64,000 nucleotides of DNA from NCBI GenBank assembly GCA_002633005.1, contig NMRA01000037.1:1198160-1262159 (forward strand), given 5' to 3'. A program made the position numbers and the translations under genes. Below are positions 26,801 through 38,000 of this stretch, piece after piece (position 1 is the stretch's first letter; every line of letters starts with the position of its first letter). The stretch comes from Phoronis australis. Lineage: Eukaryota > Animalia > Phoronida. The notes under the pieces are model-generated. The model did not search any database. It was not told the DNA's origin and saw only the letters and a list, made by a program, of their open reading frames with translations.

Positions 26801-29800
26801 GTCATTGCACATTTTTGAACTGAAGCTAATTTTTATGCGCCCACATATTTATATGTGGACGCATTATGCCATCATCTCCGTCCGTCTGTCCTTCCGTCCG
26901 TCTGTCCGTCCGTCCGTCCGTCCGGGCGCCTTCCGCCCGGCGTCCGCTGCTTTATCTCCAAAAGCCATTGACTAATGTTCATGAAATTTTGCACAGTGTG
27001 TTCCTTTTATGTGTGGGACGGCATGAGCGAACTTACAGACGGATCCGACTACAGGTGTGCCCCCTAGTATTTTACGTTTACCTCTGTATTTTCAAATGTC
27101 CTCAACGTTTTTTCACAAAATGTGGTATATGGGCATGAATTAGACGACGGTATCCTCCCGTTTTATGATAGATTCGACTTAGTTTGCGCCACCTGGTGGC
27201 AATTTTTACTGTTTTCGAGTCTGTTTTTAGTGTCCACTCTGTATCAACCAAACCGCTCTAAGCATGATTGTGAAAATTGGCATGTATGTTCTTACTAAGA
27301 AGAGGATGGTTGACGATGATTTTCCGACGACTTGGACTACTGTAGCGCCTCCTAGTGGCAGTTTTTTTGCGGCTATGGCTTTATCTCCTAAACGTTTGCA
27401 GGATCTTTACTAAATTTAGTAAGTGCATTTATATGATGTTGGCAACAGACGACGACGACTTTGGGACAGATCTGACTGCTGGTGAGCCACCCAGTGGCAA
27501 TTTTATTTACGTTTACCTCTGTATCTTCAAAGGTCCTCAACGTATTTTCATAAAATTTGGCTTCTGTTAGTGAGGTGATGCTATCTTTCCATTTTCATAT
27601 GGATTCGACCTAATTTGCGCCACCTAGTGGCCGTATTCACACCTTTTGTGTTTGTTTTTTTGGCGTCCACCCCTTTATTAACCAAACCGCTTTCAGGATA
27701 ATTGTGAAAATTGGCACGTATGTTTTTACTATGAAGTGGACGGCTGACTATGATTTTCCGATGACTTCGACTACTGTGGCGCCTCCTAGTGGCAGTTTTG
27801 TTTTTTGCGCCCATGGCTGTTTCTCCTAAACCATTTGCAGGATCTTTACTAAATTTAACAAGTGCATTTATGTGATGTTGACAACGGACGATGACGATTT
27901 TCAGATGATCCGACTACTGGTGTGCCCCCTGGTGGCAATTTTAGTTTTACGTTAACCTCTGTATCTTCAAATGTCCTCAGCGGATTTTCATAAATTTTAA
28001 ATACGGGCATCTATTGGTGAAATGACGCTATCCACCCGTTTTCGGATGGAATCAAGGTATTTTGCGCCACTTAGTGGCCATTTTTGCTGTTTTCGAGTCT
28101 GTTTTTTGGCGTCTACCCGTCTATCAACCAAATCATTCTAATTATGGTTTCGAAAATTGGCGTATAATTATGTTCTCAGTGTGAAGAGGACGGTTGACGT
28201 TCACAACTCTTACTTTGGCGCTTCCTAGTGGTAGTTTTGTTTTGTTTTGCGCCCATAGCTGTATCTCGTAAGCCCACTGCAGGAACTTTATAAAATTTAA
28301 TTAGAAAGTGTATTCATATGACTCGAAGCTAACAACAGACAATGACGACTTTCAGGCGGATTCAATGAACAGTGTGCCCCCCATAGTGGCAATTTCATTT
28401 GATTCTGTTTTCCTTTGCTTTTCTGAAGTTTCGTGACGGATTTCTATGAAATTCGGTGTATAGCTTTCTATTAAAGAAGTAATGACGTGTTCCCGTTTCC
28501 GGATGGACTGTACGTTTTTGTGCTATCTATTGGCCATTTTTATGACACAAATAAACGACCCTAAAAGCCCACCATTTGCGATGCATTCGTGGGCGCATTT
28601 CAACGCTCCTCGTTGCTCTTGTAAAATGTTGTCTTTATTATTTAATGTGCAAAAGTTTAAAACTGATAGCAACTGCAGAACGTTCATGTCACTAAGAGCG
28701 CCTCCTTGCGACGTGGCGTCACTAACAGAACAAGCCCACGCCGTACTGGAATTTTAGCGGAGGACATGTCGATTCATGAGTTTAAGAAATTGATCAATAA
28801 CTATGATAAATGTCACAGAACCACTTACTTGTTGCCTTCGTGCAATTCAGGTGTACTTGGCAGGGGCGGTTCCAGGACATTGAGTANAATGGAATCTGAA
28901 ATAATTTTAGGGGGGCCAACCCCCCTTAAATCCGCCAATGCTTGGCATGCATTCGTATTGCACTCGGTAAGAACAGTGTATTGTTTATTACAAACTGAGC
29001 CCTGCAAACTAAAGTTGTTGTACATTGTCCGGAACCTTGATTGTGTTTAAGTATACAAAGTATCCATGCAAAAATTAAACAAGCTTGATTTGTCGAGTAT
29101 CAATTCACAGACAATTCTGAATTGCAAAAGAAGTCGGCAGATTTCGACGGTTGACACAAAAGAAGCTTTCAGTAATTTGAACGCAGAATCCATTTTGCAG
29201 AAAGAATAGCTTCTGACGAAAAAATTCGACGATGAAAGGGTTGACCTGTTAACCCAAGCTAAAGTTTCGTGAACACCAATTGAAACCTGTAAAACGCCCA
29301 CATTCCAGACGGTATCGAAGCCTTTAATCTGGTAAGGGTCATCTTCCAGCATCCGATGTTGATCAAAAGAAAAGTTGAAACTTGTGAAAATATTCTTACT
29401 TCCTCCCGCCATTTTGCCAGACGATTTCGCGTCACTTGATTTGTTTGCCAAATTAAAGATAATTTACCAGCTTTGATGTCAGTGACGTTTTTTTCGTTCC
29501 ATATCTCCCTACTGAAAATGACGACGCTGCTACGATGAACCATGCTTGACTACCTTTTCTGTCGTTTTAGGATGAGATAAACAGTTTCAAAGCACTGTGT
29601 CGATTTCACAAGGTACCAGAAGACGAAATAGTGAATTGTAAACCAATCCGTAAGTCGGCTTTTGATTTCGTTTCTTTGTTGACCTTCTGTGACACATCAC
29701 GGCAGAAATGAAATCCAGGGAAAGCCACATACATGGACTCGTGTATTCTTTGTTCGGAGGTCGTTCTTAGGCGTCCCACACGGGCATGGTGTGCTGGGTC

Positions 29801-31287
29801 ACACTGTCAGGGTACACCTAATTGTTAAATAGTATGTTAACGGCGTTATCTCAGTGTTCGTTAAAGTTTTGAAACTAAGCTGATTAACTGTTGCATTAAA
29901 GCACAATTTTCATGTTTTCAGCAATATAATATTATTTCCATTGGAAGTTGCCTCTAATGCCGTCCAGGAGAAAGAGCATTATCGTCATCTCACGCTATCA
30001 AATTGCTTCCTTTCAGTTGCCACAAGAGGTCGATGCAATTCTACTTCTTTTGCCGTCAGCTCCATTATGCGCATGTCTGTTGGATTTGTCCGTCATCTCA
30101 GCAGGTACTGGGATTATTCGCTTTTGCAGTCATTTTGATAAATTGTCCAAACACCGATTGAGCACAACGCAGGACTTTTCCTCGTCGGTGAAAAAGTGAT
30201 CATGTTAAAATTCCCTTCTCTTCTCCGCAGTGCGCACGCACATCGATGACAGTGAGCTGGTGATTTTGTTGGACGTATACTGAAAAGTTGTTGCCTTCCT
30301 TGGGCTAAGTTTAAATTGCTTTTTTTACAAAAGGAGCATCTCTTCTTGGAAATCCCCATTAAGCATAAAGTGCTATAACTACTCGGTATACAGCCTTTGT
30401 CTCTGTACTGAAACACTACCATTTGGTCAAAGCCTTAGTTTTAAAAGGTCTCAAAATTACGACTGCCTGTCTTTACATTCACGCTAATCTAACACGTCTC
30501 TTATAAAATTGACGATTTCCCTGATTCAGATAAAAGGACTCAAATGAATCCACATTTCGTATGTTTTAGAGCTGACACGGTTACGACAAGCCACGACAGT
30601 GCCGAATTGCCTATATCACCCACGCCGTCTGACGGCGGCTCGATTGACGAGTCGCGGAACGCTTTGAAACCAGTCGCCAGTTCGGTTTCACCCCGGTCTC
30701 CAAGGATGGTTCACAAAATGGACACGCTTCAGGAGGACAATAACAAAGATGGGGAGCGCAAAAAAGTGGACTTCGATTCCGACACCAGTGACGACGTGGA
30801 AGTGGACGAAAGAAGGAAGCCGCCTCTGGATTCCGGTGTTGGGTCGTCAGTAGAGGGAAGTGAGAAACATGATGATGCGGACATCGGTGAAGAATCACGT
30901 GATGTGCCCGTGCTCAATGACCTTCAGCTGAGGAGATCTCGGAGTGACTATTGCAAGAAGGGGAGAAAAGCACACCTAGTACCTCGGTTGGTTGACCTTG
31001 GATTAGAAGCCCCCGAATATCCTAGAAACTTGAAAATGCTAAAGGCTCAGAACAGCTCTTTTTCCTGTATTGACCTTGTTGATAATGAGAAGGGTTCAAC
31101 ATTTCCAAAAAACCTCAGCAATTCCGTCGGTAATAACCTTCACAAAAAGGTTATTATTGTTGATAAAGAAAAGTCAAGACGGTCCTTGAAAAGGCAAAGT
31201 AGTTTTGACGACAACAGTGTGGTTCACATTAAGCCAGAGACGATTACAACAGCAGAAGATATTCCAGCAATTCAAGTGGAAACGTGA
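5768..31287 (+). CDS. HVCN1: Divergent voltage-gated proton channel (Hv1/VSOP family) homologue, spliced; 5' start exon not identified
   Basis: join(5768-5881,20657-20781,24003-24505,24848-24910,25377-25515,26225-26340,29571-29649,30017-30104,30570-31287); all introns GT-AG with consistent phases, ~647 aa. S1 LVLIDVLLMVALLLID, S2 FHISSIVILGIMLCEVLFK, S3 KLEIMDAVVVLVSFTLD, S4 LLIFLIWRMIQVFNG, then a coiled coil: the Hv1 layout. Symbol denotes family, not proven orthology. Confidence 0.85.
7335..7502 (-). mobile_element. MITE, CAG(T/G)GGCG-terminated family, 5-bp TSD CGCAC
   Basis: cgcac|caggggcg...aaatccgccactg|cgcac; core (ccagattccatttggcagttcgggggtgcgaatgtctgac) shared with copies at 21113, 32015, 37185. 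Confidence 0.8.
11817..11962 (+). mobile_element. Short MITE-like dispersed repeat (copy 1)
   Basis: cgttcagtaacgttaggtccttgctag...ttcgcgagactacgcga...aaatgagaacacgtga is shared with 16607-16760; partial terminal inverted repeat. Confidence 0.6.
16607..16760 (+). mobile_element. Short MITE-like dispersed repeat (copy 2)
   Basis: cgttcagtaacgctaggacct ... aggtcctagcgtctactgaacg inverted termini. Confidence 0.65.
17494..17822 (+). mobile_element. MITE of the 5-bp-TSD family spanning the assembly gap, TSD GTCGT
   Basis: gtcgt|cagtgacggatctagg...aatccgcctatg|gtcgt. Confidence 0.75.
17535..17772. other. Assembly gap (N run)
   Basis: Run of n next to a poly-G tract. Confidence 0.99.
20657..20781 (+). 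CDS. Hv-like exon: S0-S1 with selectivity Asp (codon 20730-20732)
   Basis: KRKKLVKVLQSNPAQIAVSILVLIDVLLMVALLLIDVHVLK; pyrimidine tract + cag, gtaag donor. Confidence 0.9.
21113..21244 (+). mobile_element. MITE of the 5-bp-TSD family (TSD agaac/agtac)
   Basis: cagtagcagatttag...tgaatccgcccctg with the shared core. Confidence 0.75.
24003..24505 (+). CDS. Hv-like exon: long S1-S2 loop and S2
   Basis: In frame with ORF 24008; ends EHLSHIFHISSIVILGIMLCE|gtgagt. Confidence 0.9.
24848..24910 (+). CDS. Hv-like exon: end of S2 and S2-S3 linker
   Basis: VLFKMAVMGKKFFDWKDGKLE; ag/gt boundaries, phase 0/0. Confidence 0.9.
25377..25515 (+). CDS. Hv-like exon: S3-S4
   Basis: IMDAVVVLVSFTLDLIFYKGIFATGISEATTLLLIFLIWRMIQVFN; ttgcag/gtaag. 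Confidence 0.92.
26225..26340 (+). CDS. Hv-like exon: post-S4 coiled coil
   Basis: GVISTTKRRLEFRIRLQKKARRQAEEKLTEKEEQNRLLQ; ag/gtgag. Confidence 0.88.
26830..28622 (+). mobile_element. Helentron-associated non-autonomous element (HINE/DINE-1-like) with internal tandem array
   Basis: T-rich start; subTIR atgcgcccac (26835) plus nearby inverted gtggacgcat (26855); (CCGT)n microsatellite ~26877-26925; ~435-bp higher-order repeats; 3' subTIR gtgggcgcat (28589), hairpin caacg-ctcct-cgttg, end CTTGT. Confidence 0.85.
28861..28940 (+). mobile_element. 80-bp MITE of the 5-bp-TSD family, TSD CTTGG
   Basis: cttgg|caggggcggttccagg...aaatccgccaatg|cttgg. Confidence 0.78.
29571..29649 (+). CDS. Hv-like exon: end of coiled coil
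   Basis: DEINSFKALCRFHKVPEDEIVNCKPI, resembling the Hv1 EIERLxxLLRQH end; ttttag/gtaagt. Confidence 0.82.
30017..30104 (+). CDS. Hv-like exon: C-terminal region
   Basis: tttcag/gtactg; phase 1-in/2-out exactly bridges the exons ending 29649 and starting 30570. Confidence 0.72.
30570..31287 (+). CDS. Hv-like terminal coding exon: Ser/Asp-rich disordered tail
   Basis: ttttag acceptor, in frame with ORF 30544-31287, TGA stop. Confidence 0.8.
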
Positions 31288-32014
31288 AAATGATTTGATA
31301 ATTTTGTTCAGGAGTATATTTTGCAGCAAGTTAGTTTTTGGGCAAAACGAACCAAAAGGATAAAATATACCACGCGCCAGCACAGCGTACTAATAGCTTA
31401 TCCTATTGCTATGTTCACCTCATCGATGATTTTTACTTTGACGACCGAATTTCGATCTGCTTTGTCACATCCAGGTCACATTCCTGCCATGCGAAGTTTG
31501 AAGAAAAACTATAATGCTTATTCTGTTCCATTAGCGATATTATATATAGAACAGTAAAAAATCTACGTAATCGGAAAGTGCTACTAACGCTTGCCAATCG
31601 ACGATTGAAAGGAAATCTACTCTCCACGTGGCCTGCTTTGTTACACAGCGAGGCATTAGTAGCATAATTCTTCTGTCTCTCAGGGGAGGTAATAATGACA
31701 GAACCAGTTGCGGATGAAATACTCTACATGTAAAACGAGTTTAATGTAGTGTTAAGTAATAGCCTATACTGACTTAGTCTACACTGCAGTGGTCACCAGC
31801 TTGTTCCCAGTTTCAGGTGTAGTAGTTAACTGGTTGAGGGAACGGATCATGAAATAACTTCGCCAGCTGAGAGTAACTTATAAGAACCACGACACCTTTT
31901 GCACGTGCTGATAACTGCAGCACAGTCGCCATGAAACAGACCAACGCGGTTTCTGTAGCTCAAATGAACTGAAACTGTGATCACAAGATTGATAATGTTA
32001 TTTCATTATGAGAC

Positions 32015-32172
32015 CAGTGGCGGATTTAGAGGGGGACCAAGGGGGCTATGGCTCCCTAAAAATTCTCCCAGATTCCATTTGGCTGTTCGGGGGTGCGAAT
32101 GACTGACAGGCAAAATCCTGGCTAATACTCTGCCCCGGCCCCCCCTAACTCAAAATCTTGAATGAGCCCCTG
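32015..32172 (+). mobile_element. MITE of the 5-bp-TSD family in the probable 3'UTR, TSD GAGAC
   Basis: gagac|cagtggcggatttag...gagcccctg|gagac. Confidence 0.82.
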
Positions 32173-32382
32173 GAGACTGATATTTCACTCTTTGCTATCT
32201 GTCTGTCTTGAGTAGGGTTATATCTTGACGATGGTTCAAAGTGAGTTAGTTGAACATGGGTGTGTAGTTGGGCCGTTTTGTAAATTGATTATGTATATTT
32301 TGATATTGATAATGTTGTGTTTTGATACAAGGTAATTACTATTTTGTTAACCGTATTGTTCACAATAATAGATAATTTGTTG

Positions 32383-32388
32383 AATAAA
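32383..32388 (+). terminator. Probable polyadenylation signal of the Hv-like gene
   Basis: AATAAA ~1.1 kb after the stop codon, following an AT/T-rich 3'UTR-like stretch. Confidence 0.45.
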
Positions 32389-32455
32389 ATCTGACCATTT
32401 ACACATCATTCGTCAACTTTACAACGATAGAACGAGGAACCATTTATGACCACAA

Positions 32456-33441
32456 TAGTGGCGGATCTAGGATATCACAAGGGGGGCCCAACATTTTGTC
32501 TGTAAACATTTGGTCCAAGCACGATTGTAGGTGTGCATCGCACCGAATGGGGGGACGTCGGGATGGGGGTTCGCCCCCTCCCGCCCAGGAAATTTTTCTG
32601 TTTTTTCCTCTAAAAATCAAGCATTTTCCTTGATTCCCGAAGTATTATCCAAGAAAAAAGGCGAAAAAAAAATTAAAGAAAAGTACGAAGAATGTGTCAA
32701 CCAGCAAAAACTGCAAATACTACGGATTCGAACTCACGACCTTGCTAATAGAGCGCGCGTGCTTTACCCCTGCACCACCACGATTTAACTCTAAATTTAA
32801 CACTAAAGACCTACTTATTTATGGTCCACAGTGTTTGCGCGCGAAAACTCCTTTTTGTAATACTTATTACATGTTTTTTGTGCAATCAGTTAGTAACAAA
32901 TTTGTTGTATTTAAAATAGTCTTCAATTGCCCAAAAGACGAAATCCGTTTTTTGTGTTGGGAATAATGACGCGATTGCTTTGGAAATCGTCTTTTAAGAT
33001 GAGGTTTGACAAAGAGAGAATTATGAGTTTCTGAGTGATTCACTAAAGCTTCGATTAAAATTGACATCTTACCAACAGCTTCTGTTTTTTCACCATCTCT
33101 CAAATTCCAGTATCTTTAAAACTGCACAGTGGAGCAGACGACAGAAACGGAGTCGTAGTGCCCAGCGCCACTGCCGGTCGCCTGAAATATCGCGGGAGAG
33201 CCTATACTTAGCCATAGTTCCGTTACGATTGCGCCGTGTTCCGAATTTTACACTTGAAATTGGATCTGAGCGCCCAAAAAAACATTAAAACTGCACACAT
33301 TTAAATCTTGCTTCAGCCGTATAATTTTAATTACAGGGGTTAATTAATAAATTCAACATTTCCCTACGTTCTTGCTGTTTTATTTTTTGCGGCAGCCAAG
33401 GGGGGAGGCCGGGCCCCCTGAGCCCCCCTAAATCGCCTATG
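32456..33441 (+). mobile_element. Composite repeat: GGCGGATCTAG-type MITE ends enclosing a second ~700-bp element
   Basis: agtggcggatctagg at 32457 and cccccctaaatcgcctatg ending 33441; internal segment ~32675-33373 has imperfect inverted ends and a tRNA B-box-like ggattcgaactc; no TSD seen. Confidence 0.5.
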
Positions 33442-33477
33442 GAGTTATCATCGCCATGCCAGGGGTGCGTTACGTAT

Positions 33478-33725
33478 CATGCTCGCACCTCTAAATGGGG
33501 GGGCTCGAATTTTTGAGAATAGGGACCTTTACTAAGATAAAAAAGGCAAATGTGGACCTTTGACTAAAATAAAAAACTGGGTATGTTTAGAGCTATGAAT
33601 TGCGCATTCGCCGAATTTTGGTAGTTCCTGCGTTTTTAGTGGACTTTTGTCTCGTTTTCTACTTTTCGGACTTTTTGTTTCTCTGAGGCGAACCTTTTTT
33701 GCCCACTTCGCCAAATGTGCGCATG
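33478..33725 (-). repeat. Dispersed ~250-bp repeat (copy A), inverted relative to 34034-34281
   Basis: Reverse complement of atttggcgaagtgggcaaaaagg...aaaattcgagcccc. Confidence 0.8.
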
Positions 33726-34033
33726 CTTACACTCGAAAAAATTTCGAGAAAGCAAGACGAAGTTTCGTAAAATTACGCTAGTCACGAGTAAAATTAGCGC
33801 ATGTTCGCAAACTTATTATTAGCGTACTCTAGCAAAATGACGGTGACTGAAGTCGGTTAGGTTGGAATATTGAATTGGGTAATAAAATTCACTCTTTCCA
33901 ATGTATGAGTAAAGATTTGTCAAAGCAGGTCCTTCGCGAGTGTCTTGTTTCTGGGAACGCATACGCCCTACCACCGCTTTCATGAAAGCAAGGTAATCGA
34001 CAAGTGTGCGCTAACGGTGAATTCAACAAGACT

Positions 34034-34281
34034 CATGCGCGCACCCAGGAGGGGAGGGGCTCGGGAGGCTCGAACGAGACCCCCTATTTGGCGAAGTGGG
34101 CAAAAAGGTCCGCCCCAGAGAAACAAAAATTCCAAAAAAGTAGAAAACAAGACAAAAGTACACTAAAAAGCAGGAATTCGGCGAATGCACAATTCATAGC
34201 TCTGAACGTACCCCGTTTTTTTAGAAAAGGGTTCACATTCTCAAAAATTCGAGCCCCTATTTTAGGCTGGGCGAGTGTATA
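34034..34281 (+). repeat. Dispersed ~250-bp repeat (copy B)
   Basis: catgcgcgcacc...atttggcgaagtgggcaaaaaggtccgcc...aaaattcgagcccctattttaggctggg; third copy at 43872. Confidence 0.8.
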
Positions 34282-34689
34282 CAAGACAAGCACGTTTTGA
34301 ATTGGAAACACAAAGGCTGCCAAAAAACAATATCCTTCCATACAAATAGCGTAAACGACGGAAAATCTCTGCAACACGTCACTTGAAAGCGCTTCCTGAC
34401 CAGTAGAAGAGTAACTCTCGAAGCTTTGGTGCCTTGCGTATAGCAAGGTCTATGATTTTGGGAGTTTACATCGATGAAACTGTGAAATGAATGTTGTCTT
34501 TTCTCACACCGGGAAATTCACTGAGCGCTATTAATGAAATCTACTAAACCATGCAAATCTGACAATCTTTTAAGATTGAAATACATCTTCCAATTATCGC
34601 CAACAAGTCTTGCTGTTATTCTTTATAGTTCCTGGAGAGCTTCGCATATCCACCACTGGCCAGAAAAACTATTACCGTACTCCAAAACG

Positions 34690-34723
34690 TGACGTAAGAT
34701 AAAAAAACTTCTTTGTGACGTCA
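34690..34723 (+). promoter_or_regulatory. CRE-type motifs just upstream of the SLC9C1-like ATG
   Basis: TGACGTAA (34690-34697) and the full palindrome TGACGTCA (34716-34723), ~40-75 bp before ATG 34765. Confidence 0.45.
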
Positions 34724-34764
34724 TAGAATACAACAGAGTTGTTTGAACACGATGTAAATAAATT

Positions 34765-35056
34765 ATGGGCGCGGCGCTAGCTTCAGGTGCCGAATCAACT
34801 GATCACTCTTCAAGTGAAGAGAAGACGAGCTGTGAACAGTACTGGGTATTCTACAATCTCTCCTCGTGTCATAACGTCAGTCACATCAACGCTACTAATG
34901 CCTCTAACGCCACGATTTTGCTACAGAAACAGTGTAAAAAACTGGATCATTTTTTAAGCGAAAACGCGTGTCCCGCTCTGCATACCGAACATGCAGAGGG
35001 CCACGGGGAGACACCGACTATTATGATGTTTATATTTTCATGTTGCATTGTGGGAG
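34765..35056 (+). CDS. SLC9C1: SLC9C1-like exon 1: N-glycan-site-rich N-terminus and TM1
   Basis: ATG ... ETPTIMMFIFSCCIVG|gtgagt. Confidence 0.8.
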
Positions 35057-38000
35057 GTGAGTTTACTGGCGGTTTTTCAACTATTTAAAAGAATGCATGC
35101 AACAGTGAATGCTATTTACAAAGATCAGTACGAGTACAATGCCAGTTATTAGGAGTTTCGGTTGCTACAAGTCCGAAGCTAAAAGTTCACATGCATGAAC
35201 CATTCATCCAAGCTTAAATCAATGCAAACAAATCTTGCAGTTACAGTATAATTTGGAATAAACGGGACAACCTCAAAATTCAACGGTTTGGATGCATAAA
35301 ACGGTGGATCCGTTTCAAAGCCGATTAAATTTCCAACAGAATCTCAGCAGGTGTTGGTCAACGCGCGAAATCGCAAAAACTTAAAATAAACAGCGGCTAA
35401 ATTTCGACAAACGTGGTACTTTATTGTGATAAAAGTTCGATTATGATGCCAAATAATAATTTGACGGAGTCTGACAGAGCTCGGTCGAAGTCTGTCCAGT
35501 TCATTTTGAAAAGTACAGCCGTGTGCTTAATTGTAGAGATTTCGAGCTTTTTAAAACTAAGAAAATGGAGTCGCGCAAGATATACGCTCATCTTCTGGTC
35601 ACTTAATTAGAGTCGAATGTTAGGTTTCTATGTGTCTACATTTTTAACTATGGCCTTCTCATTTTGTATTGTAGCTCTCATTCGGACATTCCTCAAAAGA
35701 GTTCCCCTACCCTACACCGTAGTCCTGCTATTTATTGGCGTGATCATCGGTCTAATAGCCAGAATCTCCAAATCAATCGAAGCATATACAGAGATAGCAT
35801 TTATGGACCCTCATCTGATTTTCCACGTGTTTCTACCAGTACTGATTTTTGAGTCGGCATTCTCGCTCGATATCCATACGTTTGGGAAAGTGCTGTTTCA
35901 AGTTATTCTACTGGCTCTTCCCGGATTAAGTGAGTTACGATCTTGTATAATTCACGTTTGGCATATTTAACCGTTATGCACAATTTTGTGAACAATTATC
36001 CTCCTGTGAAAAAAATTGTTGCGAACTACTGCACATCGAGTAAAAAAATTCGATCGAAAACGGACAATCGCCGCACAGATAAAAAAGTTCATGTTGATTC
36101 GACACTTCGTCTATTCATTAGACATCATCAGGTCATAAACAATAAGACATCAACAGCCGATTTCATAAGCCTATTATTAGGGTGGTGTAAAGTTAAACCT
36201 GGTTTCAACTGGACTTAGACCAAATAATATGCGTTTCATAAAGGTGGTTTAACTTTTAGATCAGTGGTTTAGTAAAACCTGGTTTAACTCGAGTCTAGAC
36301 CTGGGCCCGGTCTCTAATCTTTGTACTCGAAACGAACTCGAAACTAGTTTTGGTAATTTCTCTGCTCCTTTTGTTCGAACTTAAGATAATTGGTTATCAG
36401 ACTGTGCTCGAATACATTATAGTTTATGCATAGGAGTTTCTAGTTCAAGTTTGCCTTTGAAGACCCTTATATTCGTGCTACAAACTCGAGTAAAAACTCG
36501 AATTTTTTAGTTCAAACTCGAACTTATTGCTTTAATATTGGGTTTACAAGCTGTGAACTAAGGGCAATAAATTATCTACGTAAGTTATTGTGTACTCGAG
36601 CATAGAATAATAGACACTTATCTTGAGTTTGCCCAAAAGTAAAGTAGAAAATGCCAAAGCTAATTTCGAGTTCCATTTCGAGTAAAAAGATTGGACACCG
36701 GTCCCTGGTCTAAGTCAGTTTTCATTTCACCAACGATTTCTACATTCCTTAGACCTGCATAAAGATCTTAAACCTGGTTAAACTTTGGACTTGGTCAGAC
36801 TCAGGTTTAATACTATTAAATATGGCAGATTTGTACGATATAGGTGCAACTGAATGATGCTGTGGTGTACATTTACGACGCAGTTTTAGAGCGAGAACGG
36901 ACTATTTTCAATATTCAGTTTTTGGACGACACAAAATCAAACGTTATTGGGGGGACCAAAAATTTCTAAAAGCGGGAGGAGGGGGGTGGGATCAAGGTCA
37001 GGAGGGCCTGGGTCAACAATCTGAAATTTATAGATTTTACTTCACTAAAATCAAGGGAAAAAGGGGGTCCGCACCCATTGAACCCCTGGATTCGCCTATA
37101 CGAAAATCACTACGTACTGAATGGTGTCCTCCGAATTCCTCAGAATGTTGCGAGTTACACCTCAATTAATACCCGATTTAAGGTTGCCAGGCGGGGGTCC
37201 TGCCCCAGTGGCCATGGACCCCTAAAATTCTCCCGGATTCCATTTGGCAGTTCGGGGGTGCGAATGTCTGACGGGCAAAATCCTGGCTAATACTCTGCCC
37301 TGGCCCCCCTAACTCAAAATTCTGGATCCGACAATACAAAATGAAAAACGTCTCCTCATGATATCTTAGATCTGCCACTTGAGGTCCCTCGCCGTTTTTC
37401 TTTGCAATTTTTTTCACTGATGAAATTTTCTTTCTGGTCATTATTCTGGATCAAGATATCACCAAGCCTGCTGTTTACGTTGTCTTGATTTGGCGCCAAT
37501 TTTCTTGTTCTCGACTATGACATTGGCTTTTTCTCAGATCAGTTATGGGAGAGAACATTTTTCCTCGTGAGTAAAGCTTTTAGCCCTTTTCGCAAATGTC
37601 TGCAATGATTCTACAGCTGTGTGTCATTATGTACTCACGTGATCAATGTTTCATTGAAGCACATCACTAGTTTCTTTGTTGGGTTAATCCGGATCAACAC
37701 AGTGGGGTGGCTTGCATAAATTAAAAAAGGTTTTACTCAACCCGCTTCATGGTTTAACAAAACCAGGCTTTCAGACATTTAAACCATGTTGGTAAATTGC
37801 AAGTTGGGTCTAAAATTAGACCAGGTCTAGGAAGTCCAGGTTTAACTCTTAAACCTGGTTTTGTTAAACCACCTTTATCAAATTGGCTGCAGGTGTCGAC
37901 ATACCAGTCAGGTTACATCCATGTAATGAAATGTAGTGAAATAGGTGTAGCAAGCAAGAAATAGTAAATAGGTCGTCCCCATAACTGTGGGGTCATAGAG

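Noticed and set aside
26940-28540. CRISPR-like repeat-spacer array
   Set aside because: Eukaryotic context; the 'spacers' themselves repeat with ~435-bp period inside a HINE; no cas genes
29047-29543. Minus-strand 134-aa and 94-aa ORFs in an Hv intron
   Set aside because: No recognisable domain or splice partners; more likely repeat-derived
5768-31287. TMEM266 (HVRP1) or voltage-sensing phosphatase as the identity of gene 1
   Set aside because: The S1 selectivity Asp and S4 W/NG are Hv1-type (TMEM266 lacks the Asp), and no PTEN-like domain follows S4
31290-34764. A single fused Hv-SLC9C1 coding gene
   Set aside because: Gene 1 has its own stop and AATAAA and gene 2 has its own ATG exon; no linking exon is evident
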